Positions 41,361-53,764 of a DNA stretch of 64,000 bases are shown piece by piece; the first letter of the stretch is position 1; each line of letters starts with the position of its first letter. The notes beneath the pieces were generated by a model, which had not been told where the DNA came from, did not search any database, and worked only from the letters and a program-made list of their open reading frames with translations. Source of the stretch: an uncultured Lactobacillus sp. (GTDB lineage: Bacteria > Bacillota > Bacilli > Lactobacillales > Lactobacillaceae). The position numbers and the translations under genes were made by a program. The stretch lies in assembly GCF_947367085.1 (NCBI RefSeq), contig NZ_CANBCP010000005.1, positions 118 through 64,117 of the forward strand, written 5' to 3'.

Positions 41361-42893
41361 ATGCAAACAGTTGAAAAATGGAAAAGATATGAATTGGTTT
41401 TAGCTGGACCACAAAATGGTAATCCATTTAGGGATGTCAATTTGACAGCTACATTTACTCATAACAATCATAGTGTTACGGTAGATGGCTTTTATGATGG
41501 TAATGGTATTTATAAAGTTTGCTATATGCCTGAATTGGAAGGGGAGTGGACAGTAACCACCCAATCTAATGTCGATGCTTTAGATAATAGGACTGATAAA
41601 TTCGTTGTTACATCTGCTAGTGAAAATAATCATGGCCCTGTCCGTGTATCAGGAAAAACCCACTTTGCTTATGCAGATGGAACAGGTTATATTCCTTTTG
41701 GTACTACAGCTTATGCTTGGACGGTGCAGCCTAAGGATGTTCAAAAACAGACTCTAGAGACGTTAAGCCAGAACAGATTTAATAAAATTAGGATGCTCGT
41801 TTTTCCCAAGAGTTATGATTACAACACTAAAGAACCGGATATTTATCCATTTGAAGGGGCTCCAAAAGTAAAACGCGGTGGGACAGATTGGATTTTTGAT
41901 GGAAGTGATACTGGCTTTGATTTTACTAGACCTGTACCTGAATATTTCCAGAATTTGGAAAAAAATATTGAAGAATTAGATAAGTTAGGAATTCAAGCAG
42001 ATTTAATTTTATTTAGTCCTTACGATCGTTGGGGCTTTGCTCGTATGGGTATGGAAAACAATTTACAATATTTGAAATATATTGTTGCCCGATTAGCCTC
42101 ATATAAAAACGTTTGGTGGGCTTTGGCCAATGAATATGATTTGATGGACTTGGTAGGACAAATCCCACTAAGAGATTGGGATAGAATTGGTCAATTTGTT
42201 CATGAAAAGGATCCTTCTCAACACCTTGAATCAATTCATAATTTCTATGATCCGCCACAACATAAAGATACTACGAAGAACTGGTATGACCATACTAAAC
42301 CATGGATTACTCATTTAAGTGTTCAATCCGATAATGTATTTTTAATACCAAAATGGATTGAAGAATATCAAAAACCTGTGGTAGATGATGAATGTCGCTA
42401 TGAAGGTAATATCGAATTTGGTTGGGGTGATAATTCTGCTCAAGGCATGATGGATAACTTCTGGCGTGTGATTTTACGTGGTGGCGGTTGTACTCATGGA
42501 GAAACTTATATCGATAAGCCTGATACCGACCGACCAATTTGGTGGGCTCATGGTGGAAAACTTTATGGTCAAAGTCAAAAGAAAATAAACTTCTTATATG
42601 ATTTACTTAAAAAGAACGGTTTTGACTGGGTAAAGCCACAAGCAACTAGTGGTCCAACTTGGGAATTAGCAGTAGGATCAACTCCAGATGAAAAGAAATG
42701 GTTGGTTTACTTTGGTGATAATCAACCTGAGTATGAATTATTTAGCTTTTTGCCTAAGGATAAAAAGTTTAGCGCTAAATTAATTAATGCTTGGGATGAA
42801 ACAGTTGAAGATTTTAATACTGAAATTTCAAATGATAAGAAATTCCACATTGCAAGAAAACCATACCAGGCTATGTTATTAACAGAAATGTAA
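41361..42893 (+). CDS. DUF5060-DUF4038-DUF5605 putative glycoside hydrolase
   Basis: VEKW..ELVL.GP..GNPF.DV N-terminus, HGPVRV..HFAYADGT, GTTAYAW, WWALANEYD, DDECRYEG, HGETY. Confidence 0.72.
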   Translation: MQTVEKWKRYELVLAGPQNGNPFRDVNLTATFTHNNHSVTVDGFYDGNGIYKVCYMPELEGEWTVTTQSNVDALDNRTDKFVVTSASENNHGPVRVSGKTHFAYADGTGYIPFGTTAYAWTVQPKDVQKQTLETLSQNRFNKIRMLVFPKSYDYNTKEPDIYPFEGAPKVKRGGTDWIFDGSDTGFDFTRPVPEYFQNLEKNIEELDKLGIQADLILFSPYDRWGFARMGMENNLQYLKYIVARLASYKNVWWALANEYDLMDLVGQIPLRDWDRIGQFVHEKDPSQHLESIHNFYDPPQHKDTTKNWYDHTKPWITHLSVQSDNVFLIPKWIEEYQKPVVDDECRYEGNIEFGWGDNSAQGMMDNFWRVILRGGGCTHGETYIDKPDTDRPIWWAHGGKLYGQSQKKINFLYDLLKKNGFDWVKPQATSGPTWELAVGSTPDEKKWLVYFGDNQPEYELFSFLPKDKKFSAKLINAWDETVEDFNTEISNDKKFHIARKPYQAMLLTEM

Positions 42894-42898
42894 GATGT

Positions 42899-42926
42899 AA
42901 AAAAGAGCATGTTAAATGCTCTTTTT
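42899..42926 (+). terminator. Terminator
   Basis: aaaaagagcat/atgctcttttt. Confidence 0.75.
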
Positions 42927-42939
42927 GTACTGTATTTGA

Positions 42940-44499
<1,560 letters not shown>

Positions 44500-44613
44500 C
44501 TATATATAGATAATATTTTGAATAGAGGAATTTAGGAGTTAAATCTTAGATTCCTTTATTTTTTTGAAAATGTTACTATATTAAAGATAATTTTTATTGC
44601 GGAAGGTAACAGG

Positions 44614-45534
44614 ATGGAAAATAAAGCAAAGCAAAAGCTCTGGACAATCTTAGCTGCGAGCGCTGCAGCGATGTGGGGAGTATCAGGATTATTTGGAGAA
44701 GCATTATTTGGCGTAAGTAATGCCATCACACCTTTATGGCTTACACAAACCAGAATGATTATTTCGGCTGTAGTATTACTGACTATAGCGCAAATATTAG
44801 GGCATAAGCCTTTTTCAACTTTGAAAAATAAACATGACTTATTAGTGATTATTGCGTATGGTTTATTTGGATTATTACCTGTTCAGTTGTTTTATTTTAT
44901 CGTTATTCAGCAAGCAAACGCTTCAGTTGCGACAATATTGCAATTTATGGGTCCATTTTTTGTGATTGCTTATTTAGGTATTACTCATAAACAGGTAATT
45001 CGCAGGTTAGATATTATCGCAGCTATAGCGGCATTTATAGGCGTATTTTTGTTAGCAACGCATGGAAAGTTTAATCAGTTAGCGATCACTCCACTGGCTT
45101 TGTTATGTGGTTTTTTATCAGCTATTGGAGAAGCCAGCTATACTCTGATTCCTGTCAGTATCGTCAAAAGAGTATCGAGTTTAGTTTTGACTGGGTGGGG
45201 GATGTTAGTTGCAGGAATTGGGCTAATTATTATCCATCCAAACTTTCCACCAATTCCTAATAAACCTCAAGTTTGGCTGTTAGCAGGAGCTGTTATTGTG
45301 ATTGGAACCATTATTCCTTTTCAAATTATGGCTAATGCATTACGGTATGTTAAACCTGCTATTGTAAGCTTATTAGATGCATTTGAGCCACTTGCTGCAA
45401 CATTTGGTGCTGTTTTAGTTTTTAACTTGTCAATGTCAGTCATGGACTGGATTGGAACGATTCTAATTTTGGTAGCGGTGCTTGCATTAAATATTTCTCC
45501 CAAAAATAAAATCAAAAGACGAAAGCAGAGCTGA
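44614..45534 (+). CDS. EamA/DMT-family transporter
   Basis: Two EamA repeats, about 10 TM; ASVATILQF, EPLAA. Confidence 0.85.
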   Translation: MENKAKQKLWTILAASAAAMWGVSGLFGEALFGVSNAITPLWLTQTRMIISAVVLLTIAQILGHKPFSTLKNKHDLLVIIAYGLFGLLPVQLFYFIVIQQANASVATILQFMGPFFVIAYLGITHKQVIRRLDIIAAIAAFIGVFLLATHGKFNQLAITPLALLCGFLSAIGEASYTLIPVSIVKRVSSLVLTGWGMLVAGIGLIIIHPNFPPIPNKPQVWLLAGAVIVIGTIIPFQIMANALRYVKPAIVSLLDAFEPLAATFGAVLVFNLSMSVMDWIGTILILVAVLALNISPKNKIKRRKQS

Positions 45535-45619
45535 AACAAGTTCTGCTTTTTTAAATAAAAAATCATAGTTTTCGTGTAATAAATAGTGAGTAAGATTTTT
45601 ATATGAAAACGGTGAAAGA

Positions 45620-46234
45620 ATGAATAAGGAACCTCAAAAGTGGTACGGTTTTACTGAAGACAAAGTTTTTGGCTGGGTAATGGCAGATAAGAGCTTTTGT
45701 AATTTTGACTATCCTGGCAAAAATCGGGTGCGTTATTCTTATCATGAATATGAAGATCAGGATAAAACTCTAAGATTGCCAACTGGTGCGAGTAAGTTTA
45801 TTATTAATGCAAAAGGTAAGTTGGCTAAAAACAGTGAGGACTTACAAAATTTAGCACGACTGATACAAGGAGAGCCAATTAAAGATAACAACGTTTTCTT
45901 TAATTATGCACAGGAAAAAATTAGAGAAATTAATCTTGATAAAGAAAAGAGGTTGCAAATTATGGACTATGAGACGAAATTGTTAGAAAGAGAACAATAC
46001 GGTGAGCTTAAAGGTCGCAAAATAGGGCTTAAGATGGGTGAGCTTAAAGGCCGCAAAGCAGGCTTGAAAATAGGCGCAGAAAGAGCAGCCGCAGATAATA
46101 TTCGCAAAACTATAGTACGTTATCGAAAATTTAATATTTCAGAAGATCAAATATTGGAAAGCTTAATAGCAGATTATAGTCAATACTTTACACCTCAGGA
46201 GATTCGCCGATTCATGGCAGAGGGCAGAAATTAA
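45620..46234 (+). pseudogene. Rpn/PD-(D/E)XK nuclease-family gene with in-frame internal deletion of the catalytic core
   Basis: N-terminal DKVFGWVM.DK.FC abuts NFD..GK..RY..H directly; no RLD/xEMQ motif; Rpn-type C-terminus with GxxxG repeats. Confidence 0.65.
46001..46072 (+). repeat. 36-bp tandem direct repeat (2 copies) encoding GELKGRKIGLKM / GELKGRKAGLKI
   Basis: ggtgagcttaaagg at 46001 and 46037. Confidence 0.9.
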
Positions 46235-46313
46235 TGTTTTAAATTTCGTCACTAATCTTTTACAAGTATCCCATTTTTTCTTATAATGTTTAACGTTTAG
46301 AAAAAAGAAAGGG

Positions 46314-46847
46314 ATGAAGTATATGAAACTTAGACAAGCAACAATGGCTGATTTTGACCATATTATGGAGATTTTAAAAGATGGTGCTAATCAATTAGCT
46401 GAGCGTGGTGTTGATCAATGGCAAGGGGAGTATCCTTCACCAGATCAAATAAAAGAGGATATTGAAAATGGCTGGGCTTATTTAGCTGTTTCTCAAGATG
46501 GAGAAACTGTCGGAGCCATTGCAATTGTACCAGCACCTGATCATTCTTATGATAATTTAAAAGGAAGATGGTTATTAGATACTAATAATTATGTAGTAAT
46601 TCACCGTGTGGCCATCCACTCAAATCATGCTGGCAATGGATATGCGACTAAGTTACTAACTGAAGTTATTGATCAAATTAGAGATAATTATCTAAATATT
46701 GATTCGATTCGAATTGATACTCATGAAGACAATTTGGCAATGCAGCATTTGATTGATAAAATGGGTTTTACTAAAGTTGGCGAACTTCATGGCGTGTATC
46801 GTCCAAATGAAATTTCATATGTCTATGAAAATATCCGTGAAAAATAA
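46314..46847 (+). CDS. GNAT-family N-acetyltransferase
   Basis: DQWQ..YP, IHRVAI...AGNGYA motif A, RIDTHEDN..MQHL..K.GF. Confidence 0.88.
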   Translation: MKYMKLRQATMADFDHIMEILKDGANQLAERGVDQWQGEYPSPDQIKEDIENGWAYLAVSQDGETVGAIAIVPAPDHSYDNLKGRWLLDTNNYVVIHRVAIHSNHAGNGYATKLLTEVIDQIRDNYLNIDSIRIDTHEDNLAMQHLIDKMGFTKVGELHGVYRPNEISYVYENIREK

Positions 46848-46977
46848 AATTTAGAGAAGCTGGAAAAATCCAACTTCTTTTTTCTTGCAAAAGGTAAGTA
46901 GACATTAGAATATGGTAAAATATTCAGTAAGTGTGCTCACATGATCTATATCAAAATAATATTTTGGAGACTTATTA

Positions 46978-47853
46978 ATGAAAAAGCATAAGTTAAGAAA
47001 TCTTATCTTAATTTTTATCACGATATTAGCAGTAAATCTACTTACTGCATGTCAAAATAACGCCAAGAAAGTTACGATTGTTGGCTCTTCGGCAATGCAG
47101 CTTTTGGCTGAGCAAGCTGGCAATGACTATCGATTATCTCATCCTGATAGTAATATCGTAGTTCAAGGCGGCGGTTCCGGCACAGGTTTAAGCCAGGTGC
47201 AAGCCGGAGCGGTTCAGATCGGAACATCTGATGTCTTTGCACAGACACAAAAAGGAATCGACGCAAAAAAATTGAAAGATTATTTAATAGCGGTAGTAGG
47301 CATTGTTCCAATAGTTAACAAGGACGTAGGAATTAAAAATCTAAGCCAAGTTCAACTTGCACAAATTTTTACTGGAAAAGTAACTAATTGGAAGCAACTT
47401 GGTGGAAAAAACATACCTATTACTGTTATCAATCGTTCAAAAGGTAGTGGAACTCGTTCTACGTTTGAAAGTTTAATTCTTAAAAATCAAAAGCCAATTA
47501 AGGCTCAAGAACAGGATTCTAATGGGACTGTCCGTAGAATTGTTAGTTCAACTCCGGGAGCAATTTCTTACATTTCATTTCCTTATGCAAGCGATAAAAA
47601 TATTCAAAAATTGAGCATTGACCATATTGCTCCAACTAACAAAAATATCACAACCAATCGCTGGCAGTTATGGTCTTATGAACATATGTATACCAAAGGA
47701 AAACCAAATGCTGCAACTAAATCATTTATTGACTATATGCTTGCAAGTAAAGTTCAAAAAGATCTAGTACCTAAATTAGGATATTTAAGTATTAATGATA
47801 TGAAGATTTACCGTAATAGTAAAAATCAAGTAGTATCTTTATCTAAGGAATAA
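46978..47853 (+). CDS. pstS: Phosphate ABC transporter substrate-binding lipoprotein
   Basis: Lipobox LTAC, VGSSA, QGGGSGTG, GSGTR. Confidence 0.92.
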   Translation: MKKHKLRNLILIFITILAVNLLTACQNNAKKVTIVGSSAMQLLAEQAGNDYRLSHPDSNIVVQGGGSGTGLSQVQAGAVQIGTSDVFAQTQKGIDAKKLKDYLIAVVGIVPIVNKDVGIKNLSQVQLAQIFTGKVTNWKQLGGKNIPITVINRSKGSGTRSTFESLILKNQKPIKAQEQDSNGTVRRIVSSTPGAISYISFPYASDKNIQKLSIDHIAPTNKNITTNRWQLWSYEHMYTKGKPNAATKSFIDYMLASKVQKDLVPKLGYLSINDMKIYRNSKNQVVSLSKE

Positions 47854-47855
47854 AT

Positions 47856-48851
47856 ATGGATAACAAAGAAGATTTAAAAAAGGTTGTTGATCAAGCTTTA
47901 GCTGAGCAAAAGGTTCCTCACGTTAAGCTTAAAAAAATCGGTGCTCAAAAAGCTGATGTAGATAAATTAACGCAACCATCTAAAGAAACCCGTCAAGAAT
48001 ATTGGGGTAAAGGTCTAACTTATAGCGCAATTTTGCTAATTATCATTTTGGTAGCTTCAATTATTGGCTTTATTGCTGTTCATGGATTGGCTACATTTAC
48101 TCAAAATCATGTCAATGTTTGGCATTTTTTATCATCCACTGATTGGGATCCAGGCGAAGGAAAAAACCATGTTGGTGCTTTAGCTATGATTGTAACTTCT
48201 TTTGCCGTTACTTTATTGGCAGCAATTGTAGCAACACCATTTGCGATAAGCGTGGCGCTGTTTATGACTGAATATTCTTCTAAAAAAGGCAGTCGCTTTT
48301 TACAATCAGTCATAGAATTATTAGTTGGAATCCCTTCTGTAGTATATGGATTTTTAGGCTTATCAATAATCGTGCCATTTATCAGGTCAGTTTTTGGCGG
48401 GACGGGATTTGGTATTTTGTCAGCCACATTAGTCTTATTTGTAATGGTCTTACCAACAATAACTTCATTAACTGTTGACGCTTTAAAGGCTGTTCCAAAC
48501 CATTATCGTCAAGCTTCGGCTGCTTTAGGTGCAACGCATTGGCAAACCATTTATAAAGTTGTTTTACGAGTAGCAACGCCAAGAATTTTAACGGCGGTTA
48601 TTTTTGGTATGGCACGTGCCTTTGGTGAAGCTTTGGCGGTACAAATGGTTATCGGTAATGCAGTACTTATGCCATATAACTTGGTTAGTCCAGCAGCTAC
48701 TTTAACTAGTCAACTTACCAGTCAAATGGGAAATACTGTAATGGGGACTTTGCCAAATAATGCCTTATGGTCATTAGCTTTGCTTTTGTTAATTATGGCG
48801 CTATTTTTCAACTTCTTAGTTCGCTTAATTGGTAGAAAGGGACAAAAATAA
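47856..48851 (+). CDS. pstC: Phosphate ABC transporter permease
   Basis: ELLVGIPSVVYG, ARAFGEALAVQMV. Confidence 0.92.
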   Translation: MDNKEDLKKVVDQALAEQKVPHVKLKKIGAQKADVDKLTQPSKETRQEYWGKGLTYSAILLIIILVASIIGFIAVHGLATFTQNHVNVWHFLSSTDWDPGEGKNHVGALAMIVTSFAVTLLAAIVATPFAISVALFMTEYSSKKGSRFLQSVIELLVGIPSVVYGFLGLSIIVPFIRSVFGGTGFGILSATLVLFVMVLPTITSLTVDALKAVPNHYRQASAALGATHWQTIYKVVLRVATPRILTAVIFGMARAFGEALAVQMVIGNAVLMPYNLVSPAATLTSQLTSQMGNTVMGTLPNNALWSLALLLLIMALFFNFLVRLIGRKGQK

Positions 48852-49744
48852 TGAATCCAAAAACTGCAAATAAAGTTGCTACTGCCGGGATTTATGCCTT
48901 AGTCAGTATTGTCGTCATTATTTTAATTGGAATACTTGGCAATATTTTGGTTTCAGGTGTCCCACACCTATCTTGGCACTTTTTAAGTTCGCAAGCCTCC
49001 TCTTTTCAAGCTGGTGGAGGTGTTCGAGATCAATTGTTTAACTCGGTTTACTTATTGATCTTAACGATGATTATTTCAATTCCGATTGCGCTTGGAGCTG
49101 CAATTTATTTATCAGAATATGCCGGGGACAATTGGTTTACTAATTTGATTAGAACTACAATTGAAATCTTAAGTTCATTACCATCTATTGTAGTAGGTTT
49201 ATTTGGATATTTATTATTTGTAGTTCAGTTTAATTTCGGCTTTTCAATTTTAGCAGGTGCTTTGGCATTGACTTTCTTCAACTTGCCAACTTTGACTAGT
49301 AATTTTGAACAAGCTATTGATGGAGTATCACAAGCTCAACGCGATGCAGGATTAGCTTTAGGCTTATCTAATTGGAAAACGATTCGTGGAATAGTGTTGC
49401 CAGCAGCTTTACCAGGAATTTTAACAGGATTAATTTTAAGTGCTGGTCGTATTTTTGGTGAAGCGGCTGCTTTGATTTATACTGCTGGACAAAGCGGTTC
49501 AACTATTGATTATGCAAATTGGAATCCTTTTAGCCCAACAAGCTTTTTGAATGTTATGCGTCCTGCAGAAACTTTGGCTGTTCATATCTGGAAGGTTAAT
49601 ACTGAGGGCATTATTCCAGATGCAACGATAGTTTCCGCAGCAACTTCAGCCTTATTAATTATTGTAGTTATTGTTTTCAATTTTGGAGCTAGAGCCTTAG
49701 GTAACCACTTGTATCGCAAATTAACGGCAGCTAAAGCTTCATAA
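48851..49744 (+). CDS. pstA: Phosphate ABC transporter permease
   Basis: AIYLSEY, LSSLPSIVVGLFG, GRIFGEAAAL. Confidence 0.92.
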   Translation: MNPKTANKVATAGIYALVSIVVIILIGILGNILVSGVPHLSWHFLSSQASSFQAGGGVRDQLFNSVYLLILTMIISIPIALGAAIYLSEYAGDNWFTNLIRTTIEILSSLPSIVVGLFGYLLFVVQFNFGFSILAGALALTFFNLPTLTSNFEQAIDGVSQAQRDAGLALGLSNWKTIRGIVLPAALPGILTGLILSAGRIFGEAAALIYTAGQSGSTIDYANWNPFSPTSFLNVMRPAETLAVHIWKVNTEGIIPDATIVSAATSALLIIVVIVFNFGARALGNHLYRKLTAAKAS

Positions 49745-49756
49745 TCGAGGTAAAAA

Positions 49757-50557
49757 ATGCAAGATGTTAAAGATATAAAGCCCCATATTGTTCATTTCGC
49801 TGAAGACGAGCAAATATTATCCACACAAGATTTGAGCGTCTTTTATGGGGGAACTACTCAAAAACTTTTTGAAGCCAGTTTACAATTTAAGAAAAAAACT
49901 ATCACAGCTTTGATTGGTGGTTCTGGGTCAGGTAAATCGACTTTTTTACGCTGCTTAAATCGAATGAACGATAAGATTGCGCGAATCGATGGTCAAATTT
50001 GGTATCATGGCCTAGATATTAATGCTCAAAATATCAATGTATATGAATTGAGAAAAAATATCGGTATGGTTTTTCAAAAGCCCAACCCATTTCCTAAATC
50101 AATCAAAGATAATATAACTTACGCTTTAATTGCCAATGGCGAAAAAGATAAGCACAAGCTTGATCAAATTGTCGAAGAAAGTTTAAGAGCAGCTGCTCTT
50201 TGGGATGAAGTCAAAGATAAGCTCAATAAGAGTGCTTTAGCTTTATCAGGTGGTCAGCAGCAACGTTTGTGTATTGCACGTGCACTTGCTTTAAAGCCGG
50301 AAGTATTACTTTTAGATGAGCCGGCTAGTGCTTTAGATCCCGTTTCTACTTCAAAACTTGAAGACACATTGAAACAGCTGCGCAGCGATTATTCAATGAT
50401 TATGGTAACGCATAATATGCAGCAGGCCAGCCGTATTTCTGATTACACCGCCTTTTTCCACTTAGGCCACGTTTTGGAATACAACACTACAGAAAACATT
50501 TTCACTAATCCCCAAGGAAAAATTACTGAAGATTATATTCGTGGAAGTTTCGGTTAG
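49757..50557 (+). CDS. pstB: Phosphate ABC transporter ATP-binding protein
   Basis: [28 protein letters not shown]. Confidence 0.92.
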   Translation: MQDVKDIKPHIVHFAEDEQILSTQDLSVFYGGTTQKLFEASLQFKKKTITALIGGSGSGKSTFLRCLNRMNDKIARIDGQIWYHGLDINAQNINVYELRKNIGMVFQKPNPFPKSIKDNITYALIANGEKDKHKLDQIVEESLRAAALWDEVKDKLNKSALALSGGQQQRLCIARALALKPEVLLLDEPASALDPVSTSKLEDTLKQLRSDYSMIMVTHNMQQASRISDYTAFFHLGHVLEYNTTENIFTNPQGKITEDYIRGSFG

Positions 50558-50565
50558 GAGTAAAT

Positions 50566-51321
50566 ATGACGACGATTATTTCAAGTAAAGATGTTCATTT
50601 GAGCTATGGTAATTTTGAAGCACTTCATGGGATCAGCATGGATTTTAAACAAAACGAATTAACTGCTCTTTTAGGACCATCTGGTTGTGGAAAATCTACT
50701 TTCTTACGCTGTATTAATCGAATGAATGATGATATTGCAAATGTAAAAATTACAGGCGAAATCAAATTCGAGAATCAAGATATCTACAGTCCCAAGACAG
50801 ATTTAGTTTGGCTTAGAAAAGAAGTAGGGATGGTTTTTCAGCAACCAACGCCGTTTCCATTTTCAGTGTATAACAATATTGCTTATGGTTTGAAACTAGC
50901 TGGTATCAAAGATAAGGCTTTGATAGATCAGCGTGTTGAAGAAAGTTTAAAACAAGCTGCAATTTGGCGTGAAGTAAAAGACGATTTGAACAAAAATGCC
51001 CAGAGCTTTTCTGGAGGACAGCAGCAAAGAATCTGTATAGCACGTGCTTTGGCAGTTCATCCCAAAGTGGTTTTACTTGATGAGCCGACAAGTGCCCTTG
51101 ATCCAATTTCTTCATCTGAGATTGAAGAAACACTGTTGAATTTAAAGCATGAGTTTACATTCATTATGGTGACTCACAATCTTCAGCAAGCTAGTCGTAT
51201 TTCTGATATGACGGCATTTTTCATGAATGGTGACTTGATTGAATACGGGACAACTAGTGATATGTTTATGAAGCCACAAAAGCAAATAACAAGTGATTAC
51301 TTGAATGGACGTTTTGGATAA
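50566..51321 (+). CDS. pstB: Phosphate ABC transporter ATP-binding protein
   Basis: [35 protein letters not shown]. Confidence 0.92.
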   Translation: MTTIISSKDVHLSYGNFEALHGISMDFKQNELTALLGPSGCGKSTFLRCINRMNDDIANVKITGEIKFENQDIYSPKTDLVWLRKEVGMVFQQPTPFPFSVYNNIAYGLKLAGIKDKALIDQRVEESLKQAAIWREVKDDLNKNAQSFSGGQQQRICIARALAVHPKVVLLDEPTSALDPISSSEIEETLLNLKHEFTFIMVTHNLQQASRISDMTAFFMNGDLIEYGTTSDMFMKPQKQITSDYLNGRFG

Positions 51322-51335
51322 AAGGAGATCTAACG

Positions 51336-52022
51336 ATGCATGAAGTTTTTCTAGATGAATTAAAAAAGCTGAATACCCGTTTTATGAATATGGTTATTGA
51401 TGTTAGTGAGCAAATCGAAAATGCTACTCAGGCTTTCATTGACCATGATAAAAAAGCAGCTCAAGAGATTGTGAAAGATGACCAAAAAGTTTCTAAGATG
51501 GCCTTAAAAGTTGAAAAAAGAACATTAAAGCTCATGGCCCTTCAACAGCCCGTTGCTAGTGATTTTAGAAATGTAATCTCAATCTTAAAAGCAATCACTG
51601 ACTTAGAGCGAATTGGTGAAAATGCAATGTCAATTGCTTGGGAAACCATTCGAGTAAAAGGAAATAAGCGAATTCCTGAAGTAGAAGACTTAATCAAGCA
51701 GATGTCTGATCGTGTGACTTTTATGTTAGATCAAGTCTTGAAATCTTTCATTCAGTCCGATGAAAAGTTAGCTCGTGATGTCGCAGCTCAAGATAGTCAA
51801 GTAGATGAATTGTATGTCAAAGCTAGAAAGGCTATCATTGCCGGAATTAAGGAAGACCCAGAGTCTGCTGTAGCCTCGTCAAGTTACTTCATGGTTATTC
51901 GCCTTTTAGAAAGAATTGGCGACCACGTCGTGAACTTGGCTCAATGGGTGGTTTATAAGACTAGCGGTGAATTAGTAGATTTAAACTCATCTAATGACGA
52001 GAATGTTATGAATAGTCTTTAA
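51336..52022 (+). CDS. phoU: Phosphate transport regulator
   Basis: QQPVASDFR, DLERIGE, LERIGDH repeats; end of pst operon. Confidence 0.92.
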   Translation: MHEVFLDELKKLNTRFMNMVIDVSEQIENATQAFIDHDKKAAQEIVKDDQKVSKMALKVEKRTLKLMALQQPVASDFRNVISILKAITDLERIGENAMSIAWETIRVKGNKRIPEVEDLIKQMSDRVTFMLDQVLKSFIQSDEKLARDVAAQDSQVDELYVKARKAIIAGIKEDPESAVASSSYFMVIRLLERIGDHVVNLAQWVVYKTSGELVDLNSSNDENVMNSL

Positions 52023-52150
52023 AATTGAATATAAACAAAAACTGATGGTGTCACTGATAACCATCAGTTTTTATTTATGAAAGCGTGTACTTTTCCTTCC
52101 ATTAAACTATAATATAAGTGTATTCATATAGTAAAAATGGAGGATATATA

Positions 52151-53686
52151 ATGGCTGAAGCAGTAAAAAAGAAAAAACATCAATTCCCAACAGCTTATAC
52201 AGTAATTATTATCGTCTTACTGTTGGTGCAGATATTAACCTTTTTTATTCCATCCGGAAATTACGCGACAATAGCTTATGATACTGAAAATCAAAACTTT
52301 GTTGTGACTAACCCTAATGGAACTACCAAAAAAGAGCCTGCTACGCAAAAGACTCTCGATAAATATAAGGTCAAAATTAAGGTAGATAAATTTAAAAATG
52401 GGACAATTTATAAGCCAGTAGCGATACCAAATTCGTATGAAAGAATTAATATGAAAAAACCATCCCTCGGTGGTGCGGTATTTCAATTTTTGTCTTCTCA
52501 AGTAAATGGGATTGCTCAATCAATTGACATCATTGCCTTTGTCTTGATTTTAGGTGGATGTATTGGGGTTGTGCATGCAAATGGAGCAATTGACGCCGGA
52601 ATGCAAGCATTATCTAAGAGAATTCAAGGCAAGCAGGTACTTTTGATCGTTTTAGTTATGGGACTAATTGCCGTAGGTGGAACAACATTTGGTTTAGCTG
52701 AAGAAACGATGGCCTTTTATCCGATTTTAATTCCGGTATTTTTGCTGGCCGGATTTGATCGAATGACAGTAGTTGCGACAATTTTCTTAGGAACAAGTAT
52801 TGGCACGATGGCTTCGACGATTAATCCTTTTTCTACTGTTATTGCTTCAAATACCGCAGGTGTTAACTTTACTGATGCATTGCCATTAAGAGTGGTAATG
52901 TGGGCGACATGCGTAATTGTAGGGATGATCTACGTAATTGTTTATGCTAAAAAGGTCCAAAAAAATCCTAAGTCATCTTATGTTTACAATGAATTTGCTC
53001 AAGAAGATCAAGAATACTTGCAAAATAATAAAAAAGACAAGGACTTCAAATTTACTTTACGTCAAAAGTTAACCTTACTCACTTTTGCAATAGCCTTTAT
53101 CGTAATGATCTGGGGTGTTCAACAAAAAGGATGGTATTTCACTGAAATCTCAGTTGTTTTCTTAGCTGCTGGATATATTTTAGCTGTAGTTTCAGGGTTA
53201 AATGAACATAAATTTGTTCAAAGTTTCGTAAATGGTGCAGCTGACTTGTTAGGAGTAGCATTAACTATTGGTTTGGCACGTGCTGTATCAATCATTATGG
53301 AGGAAAGTCACACCAGTGATACAATTATGTATTTCTTTAGTAAGCAGGTCGCAGGAATGCCGCCATTACTATTTATCTGGTTTATGTTTATTATCTTTAT
53401 TGTCTTAGGCTTCTTTATTCAATCATCGTCTGGACTAGCTGTATTATCGATGCCGATTATGGCACCATTAGCTAACGTAGTAGGAATAGATCGAGCAAGT
53501 ATTATTGATGCTTATAATTGGGGTCAAGGTTTTATTTCGTTAGTTGCTCCAACGGGACTGATTTTAATGAGTTTGATGATGGTTAATATTGGCTTTGATA
53601 AGTGGTTTAAGTTTTGCTGGAAATTACTAGTAATTGAATTTGGTTTATGTTTAGCATTTTTAGCAATTGGTCTGGTTGTGTATTAA
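52151..53686 (+). CDS. YfcC/DcuC-family antiporter (basic amino acid antiporter-like)
   Basis: PTAYTVI, GLAEETMAFYP, STINPF, SSSGLA, APTG; GGAGG RBS. Confidence 0.8.
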   Translation: MAEAVKKKKHQFPTAYTVIIIVLLLVQILTFFIPSGNYATIAYDTENQNFVVTNPNGTTKKEPATQKTLDKYKVKIKVDKFKNGTIYKPVAIPNSYERINMKKPSLGGAVFQFLSSQVNGIAQSIDIIAFVLILGGCIGVVHANGAIDAGMQALSKRIQGKQVLLIVLVMGLIAVGGTTFGLAEETMAFYPILIPVFLLAGFDRMTVVATIFLGTSIGTMASTINPFSTVIASNTAGVNFTDALPLRVVMWATCVIVGMIYVIVYAKKVQKNPKSSYVYNEFAQEDQEYLQNNKKDKDFKFTLRQKLTLLTFAIAFIVMIWGVQQKGWYFTEISVVFLAAGYILAVVSGLNEHKFVQSFVNGAADLLGVALTIGLARAVSIIMEESHTSDTIMYFFSKQVAGMPPLLFIWFMFIIFIVLGFFIQSSSGLAVLSMPIMAPLANVVGIDRASIIDAYNWGQGFISLVAPTGLILMSLMMVNIGFDKWFKFCWKLLVIEFGLCLAFLAIGLVVY

Positions 53687-53764
53687 TTTACAAGCATTAG
53701 ATTAGTAATGTTTGCGCTTTCTTGTTATTCTGGAATTGTCGTTAGAATGACAGGAGGTATTTCA

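Noticed and set aside
46001-46072. Possible CRISPR-like 36-bp repeat
   Set aside because: Two adjacent copies with no spacer, in frame within the Rpn C-terminus; no cas genes
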